From contig CBDCRW010000004.1 of the NCBI GenBank assembly GCA_965221125.1, positions 352,001 through 416,000 of the forward strand: a stretch of 64,000 nucleotides of DNA, read 5' to 3'. Each line of letters opens with the position of its first letter. Position 1 is the first letter of the stretch. The notes under the pieces were generated by a model, which was not told the origin of the DNA, made no database searches, and was given only the letters and a program-made list of their open reading frames with translations. This document shows positions 19,241 to 27,087 of this stretch, one piece after another. The DNA is from Alphaproteobacteria bacterium (GTDB taxonomy: Bacteria > Pseudomonadota > Alphaproteobacteria > UBA828). Made by a program: the position numbers and the translations under genes.

Positions 19241-20575
19241 ATGAGCAAGCGGCAGATGGTGCTGGTGGGCTTCCTCCAGGCGCAGAACTGCTCCAACTAC
19301 CCGGCGTCCTGGCGTCACCCGGAGTCCGCCACGGACTTCCTCACCGCCGACTACTACCAGCGGATCGCGCGCATCCTCGAGGCCGGCAAGTTCCACCTCG
19401 CCTTCTTCGACGACCGCCTCGCGCTGCCGGACATCTACGGCGGCGACCACGCCGAGGCGGTGCGCAACGGCGTGCGCGTGGTCAAGATGGACCCGATTCC
19501 CATCCTCACCCTGATGGGGGCGGCGACCACGCGGCTCGGGCTGGGCGCGACCTGCTCGACCACCTACTACCAGCCCTTCCACGTGGCCCGCATGTTCTCG
19601 ACTCTCGATCACATGAGCGGCGGCCGGGCGGCCTGGAACGTGGTGACCTCGCTCAACGATTCCGAGGCCGCGAACTACGGCGCGGACAGGGTGATCGAGC
19701 ACAACGAGCGCTACGACCGGGCCGACGAGTTCATGGAGGTGGTGCTCGGCCACTGGGACGCGTGGGACGAGGGCGCGATCGCCCTCGACAAGGAACAGGG
19801 CGTCTTCGCCGACCCGGCGGGCGTCCGCCGCCTCGACCACGAGGGCCGCTTCCTGCGCTCGCGCGGGCCGTTTACCGTGCCGCGCACGCCGCAGGGCCGC
19901 CCCATCGTGATCCAGGCGGGTCAGAGCGGTCGGGGGCGGCAGTTCGCGGCCCGCTGGGCCGACGTGATCTTCGCCATCTATCCCACCCTGGAATTCGGCA
20001 AGAAGGCCTACGCGGCGACGCGCGATGCGGCGGAAGCCGCAGGTCGCGCGCCCGGTTCCTACCGCGTGGCGCCGGCGGCTTACGTGACGGTTGCGGAGAG
20101 CCAGACCGAGGCGGAGGAGAAGGCCGCCTTCATCGCGGGTCTCGCACGGCCCATCGACACGCTGGCGCTGCTCTCGGAAGCGCTCAACTACGACTTCGCG
20201 ACCAAGCCCGCGGGCGAGCCCTTCACCGACGAGGAGATGGCCTCCATCAGCGGCCTGCAGGCGATCCGCGACCGGGTGGTGACGCTGAGCGGCAATCCGC
20301 ATCCCACGGTCGAGGATTTCGTCACCTACAGCCGGCGCGGCACGGTGAACGAGATGCCGCATTTCGTCGGCACGCCTGCTGCCGTCGCCGACCAGATGGC
20401 GGCATGGTTCGAGGGCGAGGCCTGCGACGGCTTCGTGCTGGCCGCCACCCACATGCCGGGCGCCTACGAAGATTTCGCCCGCCTCGTGGTGCCCGAGCTG
20501 CAGCGCCGCGGCCTCTACCACGCGGACTACGCCGGCCCGACGCTGCGCGAGAACCTCGGCCTTGCGCCAGGCTAG
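19241..20575 (+). CDS. NtaA/DszA/SnaA-type FMNH2-dependent monooxygenase (LLM class)
   Basis: ASWRHP, LDHMSGGRAAWNVVTS, RYDRADEF, QAGQSGRG, PELQRRG...TLRENLG. Confidence 0.9.
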   Translation: MSKRQMVLVGFLQAQNCSNYPASWRHPESATDFLTADYYQRIARILEAGKFHLAFFDDRLALPDIYGGDHAEAVRNGVRVVKMDPIPILTLMGAATTRLGLGATCSTTYYQPFHVARMFSTLDHMSGGRAAWNVVTSLNDSEAANYGADRVIEHNERYDRADEFMEVVLGHWDAWDEGAIALDKEQGVFADPAGVRRLDHEGRFLRSRGPFTVPRTPQGRPIVIQAGQSGRGRQFAARWADVIFAIYPTLEFGKKAYAATRDAAEAAGRAPGSYRVAPAAYVTVAESQTEAEEKAAFIAGLARPIDTLALLSEALNYDFATKPAGEPFTDEEMASISGLQAIRDRVVTLSGNPHPTVEDFVTYSRRGTVNEMPHFVGTPAAVADQMAAWFEGEACDGFVLAATHMPGAYEDFARLVVPELQRRGLYHADYAGPTLRENLGLAPG

Positions 20576-20588
20576 AATGGAACGTGCG

Positions 20589-21458
20589 ATGCCCAGGCTG
20601 CTCAGCGAAGACGCCATCGACCACTATCGGCGGGACGGATTCTACGCGCCGGTCAGCGTGCTCGGCCTCGACGAGGCGGCGACCCTGCGTGCCGCGCTGG
20701 AGAGTTCGGCGGCGGCATACGGCGAGGGCGGCAAGGGCTCGGCACGATCCCACCTGCTTTTTTGCTGGCTGGCGGAGCTGATCCGCTCCCCCCGGCTGCT
20801 CGATGCGGTGGAAGACCTCATCGGCCCCGACATCATGTGCTGGGGCACCCAGTGGTGGATCAAGGAGCCGCGTTCCGCCCGTTTCGTCTCCTGGCACCAG
20901 GACAGCCAGTACTGGGGTCTCGACACCGGCAAGCTCGTCAGCGCGTGGGTGGCGCTCTCGCCGGCGACCGTGGAGAGCGGCTGCATGCGCTGCATCCCCG
21001 GCAGCCACCGCGGGCCCGACCTGGAGCACCGCGACACCTGGCAGGGCGAGAACATGCTGTCGCGCGGCCAGGAGATCGTGGAGGTCGACGAGGACCAAGC
21101 CGTCAACATCGAGGTCGGCACCGGCGAGGCGGCGCTCTTCAACTACCGCCTCGCGCACGCCTCCCATCCCAATCGCAGCGACGACAAGCGCATGGCGATC
21201 GCCATTCGCTACATCCCGCCCGACGCCCGCCAGACCCAGGCCTCCTGGGACAGCGCAACCCTGGTCAGGGGGAGCGACCCGTACGGCCGCTTCGAGCACG
21301 AGCCGATGCCGGCATGCGACTTCGATCCCGTGGCGGTCGCGTTCCACCGCCGCACGGAAGAGAATCTGCAGCGCATCGTCTACCGGGGCACGGGCCAGAC
21401 GGAGCGGCGTACCTGGCAGACCGGACGCGCCGATGGAGGCGGTGACGAGCGCCCCTGA
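20589..21458 (+). CDS. PhyH-family Fe(II)/2-oxoglutarate dioxygenase
   Basis: WHQD, AWVAL...ESGCM..IPGSH, HASHPNRS...R. Confidence 0.87.
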   Translation: MPRLLSEDAIDHYRRDGFYAPVSVLGLDEAATLRAALESSAAAYGEGGKGSARSHLLFCWLAELIRSPRLLDAVEDLIGPDIMCWGTQWWIKEPRSARFVSWHQDSQYWGLDTGKLVSAWVALSPATVESGCMRCIPGSHRGPDLEHRDTWQGENMLSRGQEIVEVDEDQAVNIEVGTGEAALFNYRLAHASHPNRSDDKRMAIAIRYIPPDARQTQASWDSATLVRGSDPYGRFEHEPMPACDFDPVAVAFHRRTEENLQRIVYRGTGQTERRTWQTGRADGGGDERP

Positions 21459-21494
21459 CCGGGTCGGGGCCGGGAATCGCGCTATGATCGCCCG

Positions 21495-22961
21495 ATGAGC
21501 GTGAAGGACGGCGCCGCCCACCTGCGGACTCTCGACAAGGACCGCGAGGTCTATCTCGACGGCGCGCTGATCAAGCGTGTCGCCGACCACCCCGCCTTCG
21601 CCGCCGCCTGCCGCTCTGCCGCCGCCCTCTACGACTTCCAGGCGGCAGCGGAAAACGTGGACCGCATGACCTTCGAGACCGGAACCGGGCGGCGCGTGAA
21701 CCGCAGCTGGCAGATGCCGCGCAGCTACGCCGAGCTGGTCGCACGGCGCGAGGCGATGACCGCCTGGGCCGAGCTGCACGGCGGTTTTCTGGGCCGCTCG
21801 CCCGATCACCTCGCCTCCTCCATCACGGGGCAGGTGATGGGAATCGAGGTCTTCGAGCGTCACGGCGCGCGCCACGCCAGCGCGCTCCGCGACTACTACG
21901 CCCACGCGCGCGACAACGATCTCTACCTCACCTACGTCATCATCAATCCGCAGGGCGACCGCTCCAGGTCGTGGGGCGAGCAGGCCAGCGAAGAGATGAC
22001 CATGCGGGTCGTCGACGAGGATGCGGAGGGCGTCACCGTGCGGGGCGCGAAGATGCTCGGCACCGGCTCGGTCATGGCCGAGGAGATACTGGTCGCGAAC
22101 CTGCAGCCGCTGAAGCCCGGCGAGGAGCGCTTCGCCATCTCCTTCGTGCTGCCGCTCGATGCGCGGGGCCTCAAGGTGCTCTCGCGCAAGAGCTACGAGG
22201 CGAGTGCTGCGAGCGCCTGGGACAATCCGCTCTCCCACCGCTTCGACGAGAACGATTCGGTCGTCTACTTCGACGACGTGAAGGTGCCGTGGGAGCGCAT
22301 CTTCGTCTTCGGCGACACCGACATGTGCCGCGCCCAGTTCCATGACACGCCGGGCCACGTCCTCCAGAACTACCAGTCGCAGATCCGCCTGGTGGTGAAG
22401 CTCAAGTTCCTGGTGGCGCTCGCGCGCCGCATCGCCGAGACCATCGGCACGGTAGCGATGGCGCCGGTGCGCGAGCAGCTCGGCGAGATGGCGTCCGAGG
22501 TCGCGGCCGTGGAGGGGCTGCTCTGGGGCATGGAGAGCGCGGGCGGCATGGTGGGCGACTACTACGTGCCCAACGCGAGCATGATGTACGCGGCCCAGGT
22601 CCAGACCCAGTCCCTCTACCCGCGCCTGATCGAGCGGATCCGCGCGCTCTCGGGCGGCGGCCTCATCATGCTGCCGTCCTCGGTCGCGGACCTCGAGAAT
22701 CCGGCTATCGCGCCCCTGATCGAGCGCACCCAGGTCTCCGCGCGCGACGGCGAGGGCGCGGCCGAGCGCATGGCGCTGATGAAGCTCGCCTGGGACGCCG
22801 TGGGCTCCGAGTTCGCCGGCCGCCACACCCAGTACGAGATGTTCTACGCGGGCGCCAAGTTTGTGACCACCGCGCACTGCTTCCGCCGCTACGACTGGGC
22901 CGGCGCCGAGCGCATCCTGGAAGGGCTGATGCAGAGCAACGAAGGCGCCGCCAAGCCGTGA
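21495..22961 (+). CDS. 4-hydroxyphenylacetate 3-hydroxylase (HpaB/PvcC-like) flavin monooxygenase, oxygenase component
   Basis: GRSPDH, INPQGDR, RGAKMLGT, PLSHRFDEND, WDAVGSEFAGRHTQYEMFY. Confidence 0.9.
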   Translation: MSVKDGAAHLRTLDKDREVYLDGALIKRVADHPAFAAACRSAAALYDFQAAAENVDRMTFETGTGRRVNRSWQMPRSYAELVARREAMTAWAELHGGFLGRSPDHLASSITGQVMGIEVFERHGARHASALRDYYAHARDNDLYLTYVIINPQGDRSRSWGEQASEEMTMRVVDEDAEGVTVRGAKMLGTGSVMAEEILVANLQPLKPGEERFAISFVLPLDARGLKVLSRKSYEASAASAWDNPLSHRFDENDSVVYFDDVKVPWERIFVFGDTDMCRAQFHDTPGHVLQNYQSQIRLVVKLKFLVALARRIAETIGTVAMAPVREQLGEMASEVAAVEGLLWGMESAGGMVGDYYVPNASMMYAAQVQTQSLYPRLIERIRALSGGGLIMLPSSVADLENPAIAPLIERTQVSARDGEGAAERMALMKLAWDAVGSEFAGRHTQYEMFYAGAKFVTTAHCFRRYDWAGAERILEGLMQSNEGAAKP

Positions 22962-24145
22962 GGGTCGGCGTCGTCAATCTCGGCGCCATCGTCTCGGGCG
23001 ACTGGCGCGAACCCTTCGTCGCGGGCGACGCGCTCGTCGCGGCGGACGGCATTCTGGAAGCCGTGGGCGCGGTGGAGGCCGCCGCCATCGACACGTGCGA
23101 CGTCGTCATCGACGCCGGCGGAGCGACGGCGATCCCGGGGCTGATCGATTCCCAGGTCCACGTCACCTTCGGCGACTTCACGCCGCGCCAGAACACCGTG
23201 GGCTACCTCACGAGCTACGTCCACGGCGGCACCACCACGGCGATCTCCGCCTCCGAGGTGCACGTGCCGGGCCGGCCGAGCGACCCCGCCGGGGTCAAGG
23301 CGCTGGCGGTCGCGGCCTTCAAGTGCTTCGAGCACTACCGGCCGGGCGGCATGCGCGTGCATGCCGGCTCCATCATCCTGGAGCCGGGGCTGACGCGCGC
23401 CGACTTCGACGACGTGCACCGGGACGGCGTCTGGCTCGCCAAGGCCGGCTTCGGCGCAGTGGAGACGGCGCGCGACTACGTGGCGCTGGTCCGGGATGCG
23501 CGCGAGGCCGGCCTGCTCACGACGCTCCACACCGGCGGGGCCTCGATCCCCGGCTCCTTCCCCATCACCGGCGACGACCTCATCGCCATCGACCCCAGCG
23601 TCTCCTTCCATATCAACGGCGGGCCGGTCGCCATCGAGGACCGCTACTTCGAGCAGGTGGCGGCGGAGACCGGCATCGCCATGCAGGTCTGCACCGCCGG
23701 CAACCTGCGCACCACGCTGCTCTGCGCCGAGATGGCGCGCAAGCACGACGCCTTCGACCGCTTCCTGATCGCGACCGACACGCCCACCGGCAGCGGCGTC
23801 ATGCCGCTCGGCATGATCTACACCATGGTGAACATCGCCTCGTTGGCGGGCTTCGATCCCACCTGGATGATCGCGGCGTCCACCGGCAACGTGGCCGAGA
23901 TCTACGGGCTGAACAGCGGTTTCTTGAGGCCGGGGCGGGATGCCGACGTGGTCATCGTCGACGCCCCGCTCGGCGCCACGAAGCCGGATGCGCTCGCGAC
24001 CATGAGCAACGGCGACCCCGTCGCCATCGGCGCCGTCATCACCGACGGCGTTCCCCGCTTCGTCGGCCGCAGCCGCAACACCCCGCCGACCACGCGCCCC
24101 GTCACCGTCTCCCGCTGCGAGGTCCCGGCCTTCGAGCCGTCCTGA
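22958..24145 (+). CDS. Enamidase-like amidohydrolase
   Basis: FGDFTPRQ, HGGTTTAISA, HVPGRP.DPAGVKALA, HTGGASIPGS, HINGGP, TDTPTGSG. Confidence 0.82.
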   Translation: MRVGVVNLGAIVSGDWREPFVAGDALVAADGILEAVGAVEAAAIDTCDVVIDAGGATAIPGLIDSQVHVTFGDFTPRQNTVGYLTSYVHGGTTTAISASEVHVPGRPSDPAGVKALAVAAFKCFEHYRPGGMRVHAGSIILEPGLTRADFDDVHRDGVWLAKAGFGAVETARDYVALVRDAREAGLLTTLHTGGASIPGSFPITGDDLIAIDPSVSFHINGGPVAIEDRYFEQVAAETGIAMQVCTAGNLRTTLLCAEMARKHDAFDRFLIATDTPTGSGVMPLGMIYTMVNIASLAGFDPTWMIAASTGNVAEIYGLNSGFLRPGRDADVVIVDAPLGATKPDALATMSNGDPVAIGAVITDGVPRFVGRSRNTPPTTRPVTVSRCEVPAFEPS

Positions 24146-24195
24146 CCCGCACTTTGCACGGAAGGGCTTTAAAGCGGCATATTCCGGCATACGCC

Positions 24196-24339
24196 GGCAC
24201 AAAGTGGCACAAGGTGGCACAAAGTGGCACGAAACGAGCGGCACAAAGCGGCACAAAGTGGCACAAAGTGGCACAAAGTGGCACAAAGTGGCACAAAGTG
24301 GCACAAAGTGGCACAAAGTGGCACAAAGTGGCACAAGGC
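24196..24339 (+). repeat. 10-bp tandem repeat (GGCACAAAGT), about 14 units
   Basis: Eight perfect units at 24250-24329 with degenerate flanking units and a 4-bp interruption near 24236. Confidence 0.97.
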
Positions 24340-24531
24340 GGCTCATGATGGTCCAAGCCGGCCCGTCCCGGCGGCCGCCGGCGCCCGCTGGACGAGCGTC
24401 CGGCCGCGAGCCGGCTCCCCGGCGCCGCTCCGGCCGGGCTTTCCCTGAAGGGCGATGGTCTGCGCGCTGCATCCGCAGAGCCTGCCCCCGCCCGACCGCT
24501 CCGTGCACCGCACCATGGTGCGGCCTAGCCC

Positions 24532-25191
24532 TCAGTCGATCTCGTCTTCGGGCACGATCCAGGGTTCCTTGAGCGCCGCGTCGCGCCATTCGACGAAGGC
24601 CGGCAGGCTCAGCACGGCGCGGCTGTAGGCGGCGCAGGTCTCGTCGAGATCGACCCCGTAGGTGTCGAGCCGCGTCACCACCGGCGCGTACATGGCATCG
24701 GCCGCGCAGAAGGGGCCGAACAGGAAGTCGCCGCCGGCCTCGCAGCGGCCCCGGCAGTCCCGCCAGATCGCGCAGATGCGGGCGATGTCGTCGTCCACGC
24801 CCGGCCCCCGGCCCTTCCCCTTGAGGTCGGTGCGCCGCAGGTTCATGGGCATGTGGTTGCGGATCGACGTGAAGCCCGCGTGCATCTCGTTCGCGACCGC
24901 GCGGGCCATGGCGCGGGCGTCGCGGTCCTCGGGCCAGAGCCCGGCGTCGGGGAACAGCTCGTTCGCGTACTCGATGATCGCGAGCGTCTCCCACACCGTG
25001 CGCTCGCCGTGCAGCAGCACGGGCACGCGCCCGGACGGCGAGACGGCGGCGATGGCCTCCTTCCAGTTCTCGTCGAACAGGAGCAGCAGCCGCTCGTCGA
25101 ACGGGATTCCGGCGTGGCGCAGCGCAAGCCACGGCCTGAGCGACCAGGACGAGTAGTTCTTGTTGCCGATGATTAGCGTGAGCTCGCTCAT
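24532..25191 (-). CDS. Glutathione S-transferase family protein
   Basis: GNKNYSSWSLRPW, SPSGRVPVL, EMHAGF, FLFG.F.AADAMYAPV. Confidence 0.92.
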   Translation of the reverse strand: MSELTLIIGNKNYSSWSLRPWLALRHAGIPFDERLLLLFDENWKEAIAAVSPSGRVPVLLHGERTVWETLAIIEYANELFPDAGLWPEDRDARAMARAVANEMHAGFTSIRNHMPMNLRRTDLKGKGRGPGVDDDIARICAIWRDCRGRCEAGGDFLFGPFCAADAMYAPVVTRLDTYGVDLDETCAAYSRAVLSLPAFVEWRDAALKEPWIVPEDEID

Positions 25192-25232
25192 GGCCTGCAG
25201 TGCCGTTACGCTGCGGTGCGGGACGGAGCCGG

Positions 25233-25646
25233 TTATAGCCTCGCGTCGACCGTGTCAACGTGGCCGCGTTTGGCGTAGGAGAGGATGGTGCCGTCGGCGG
25301 TGAGCAGCCGTGCCCCGCTGTGGCGGGCGGTCGCGATAATCAGGCGGTCGGCGGGATCGGCATGAAAGGCGCCCGGCAGCCTCGCGCTGTCGATCGCGAT
25401 TTCGGGCTCGACCGGCATCAGCTTGATGCCCGGCAAGGCGAGCGCCGCCTCGAGCCAGGTGCCGACCTCCTGCACCAGGCGAAGGCGGTTGCGCTCGGCC
25501 AGCAGGGCGATTTCCCAGGGCGTGACGGCGGAGATGCCGACGGCGTCGGCGCGTTCCGCCGCCGCAATCGCAGCGCTCGCATTGGTGCCGAGCCGCCGGT
25601 CGCCTTCCACGGCCCAGACCAGCACGTGCGTGTCAAGCAGGATCAC
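25233..25646 (-). CDS. vapC: Type II TA toxin, VapC/PIN-domain RNase
   Basis: ILLDTHVLVW, WEIA, HADPADRLIIATA, LLTAD; GTG start overlaps the antitoxin stop. Confidence 0.9.
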   Translation of the reverse strand: MILLDTHVLVWAVEGDRRLGTNASAAIAAAERADAVGISAVTPWEIALLAERNRLRLVQEVGTWLEAALALPGIKLMPVEPEIAIDSARLPGAFHADPADRLIIATARHSGARLLTADGTILSYAKRGHVDTVDARL

Positions 25647-25885
25647 CGCATGGCGTCCCACTCGGAGGAGTCGACGGCGGACCCGAACGGATTGTCGTAG
25701 GCCAGAACCGTTCCCTTCATGGCGCCGATGATTGATCGGGTCTCGCGCTCGGGCCGCACGGGCGAAAGCACTGCGACGGGCCTGCCGCGATTCGTGATCG
25801 TCACCGGCTCGCCGTCCTCGCGCATCTCGTTGATGATACGGAGACAATTCGCCTGAAACGCCGACGCCGCGACCGTCTTTCCCAT
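25643..25885 (-). CDS. Type II TA antitoxin, Phd/YefM family
   Basis: ASAFQANCLRIINEM...PVTITNRGRPVAVLSP; lies directly upstream of the PIN gene. Confidence 0.88.
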   Translation of the reverse strand: MGKTVAASAFQANCLRIINEMREDGEPVTITNRGRPVAVLSPVRPERETRSIIGAMKGTVLAYDNPFGSAVDSSEWDAMR

Positions 25886-25904
25886 TGTTTTCGCTCGGCT
25901 ATTT

Positions 25905-25929
25905 ATACGTATATATATTATATACGTAT
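25905..25929. promoter_or_regulatory. AT-rich palindromic operator/promoter of the TA operon
   Basis: ATACGTATATA-TAT-TATATACGTAT, perfect 11-bp arms, about 20 bp upstream of the antitoxin start. Confidence 0.7.
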
Positions 25930-25948
25930 TCTTGGCCAGGCAATCAAG

Positions 25949-26123
25949 AGGGCGCGTCCGGCTTTGACGGACGCGCCCTAGGCCGCGACAGCGGCCCGCC
26001 GCGAATGCGGCGCGCCCGCGCAGGCGTTGGCCGTCGCGCCGATAGGCGCGCGCAAGCGCACGACGGCCAACTGCCGTGAGCGATAAAGAATCAGAGCGTT
26101 TCCGTGCAAAACGGAAACGCTCT
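25949..26123 (-). repeat. Multi-hairpin dispersed element, copy B (extended second stem)
   Basis: AGAGCGTTTCCGT-N5-ACGGAAACGCTCT, TCGCTCACGGC, CGCCGCATTCGCGGCG and a GCGCGTCC stem. Confidence 0.87.
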
Positions 26124-26138
26124 AGCCGGCGGTGCGGC

Positions 26139-26843
26139 TCAGTCGTCGGCGCCGGCCTCGTCGGCGCCGCTCATCAGTTGGGAGAAGCGCACCGGCAGGA
26201 TTTCCTTGTTCTCGATCCGCCCGCTCCCGTCCTTGGTGACGAGCAGCAGGCGCTGGTCGTCCTCGAGGCCGGCCGGGATCACCATGCGCCCGCCGGGCTT
26301 GAGCTGCTGCAGCAGCGCCCCCGGAATCAGGTCGGGCGCCGCGGTCGCGATGATGCGGTCGAAGGGCGCGTGGTCGGGCCAGCCGAGGCTGCCGTCGCCC
26401 ACGCGGAACTGCACGTTGCCGTAGCCCTGCTCGCCGAGCCGGCGGCGCCCGCTCTCGGCCAGCTCCTCGATCAGCTCGACCGTGTAGACCTCGGCCGCAA
26501 GCTCCGCCAGCAGCGCCGCCTGGTAGCCGAGCCCGGTGCCGATCTCGAGCACCCTGTGGCCTGCGCCGATCTCCAGCAGGTCGGTCATCAGCGCCACGAT
26601 GAAGGGCTGCGAGATGGTCTTGCCGCAGCCGATGGGGAGCGGGGAATCGAGGTAGGCGTAGAGCGTCATCTCGACCGGCACGAAGGCGTGGCGCGGAATC
26701 CGGCCGATCGCCTCCATGACCGGGTCCGCGATCGGCGCGCGGCCGGTCTTGCCGCTCACGTGGTCGGCATGGAGCGCCACCTGCTCGACCATGGTCCGGC
26801 GCAGGATCGCGAATTGGTCTTCGTTGGAGTTCGCCGCCTTCAT
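26139..26843 (-). CDS. pcm: Protein-L-isoaspartate O-methyltransferase (second paralog)
   Basis: GKTISQPF, LEIGTGLGYQ, APFDRIIATAA. Confidence 0.9.
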   Translation of the reverse strand: MKAANSNEDQFAILRRTMVEQVALHADHVSGKTGRAPIADPVMEAIGRIPRHAFVPVEMTLYAYLDSPLPIGCGKTISQPFIVALMTDLLEIGAGHRVLEIGTGLGYQAALLAELAAEVYTVELIEELAESGRRRLGEQGYGNVQFRVGDGSLGWPDHAPFDRIIATAAPDLIPGALLQQLKPGGRMVIPAGLEDDQRLLLVTKDGSGRIENKEILPVRFSQLMSGADEAGADD

Positions 26844-27087
26844 GGCCCGTCACCGCGCCTCTGCGTGCGCTTGCCGGCGGGCACCGTGCCCGCCCGTCTC
26901 CGTTCGTCTCCCCGAAGGGGCGCCACCCGGTGCCGCCCCCAATGCTGCTATAAGTAGCGTATCCGCGCCGCAGCCGCGAGCCTTGTTGGCGATCCATGCC
27001 GCTCCAAGACCTCTGCCGCGACCGCCCTTGCGGGGGGAGACCTCCGGCCCCGGCCGAATTCCGCCGGGTGCGAGACAGGCCGCCCGC

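Noticed and set aside
24196-24339. CRISPR array or sigma54 promoter array (TGGCAC repeats)
   Set aside because: There are no unique spacers and no cas genes. The GG-to-GC spacing is 9 nt rather than the 10 nt required for -24/-12 promoters.
24102-24572. Repeat-protein ORFs (HKVAQSGTKW / LCHFVPLCAT)
   Set aside because: These are translations of a stop-free 10-bp repeat that is open in every frame, with no RBS or other coding support.
22889-25258. 789-aa minus-strand ORF and similar long shadows (16563-19238, 20322-22877, 30054-32798, 40015-42096)
   Set aside because: Arg/Gly/Pro-rich antisense or off-frame ORFs overlapping well-supported genes are expected at high GC. Only the end of 30054-32798 is retained as a gene.
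25885-26079. 64-aa ORF MFSLGYLYVYILYTY
   Set aside because: It is a translation of the AT-rich operator and repeat copy B, with a TTG start and no RBS.
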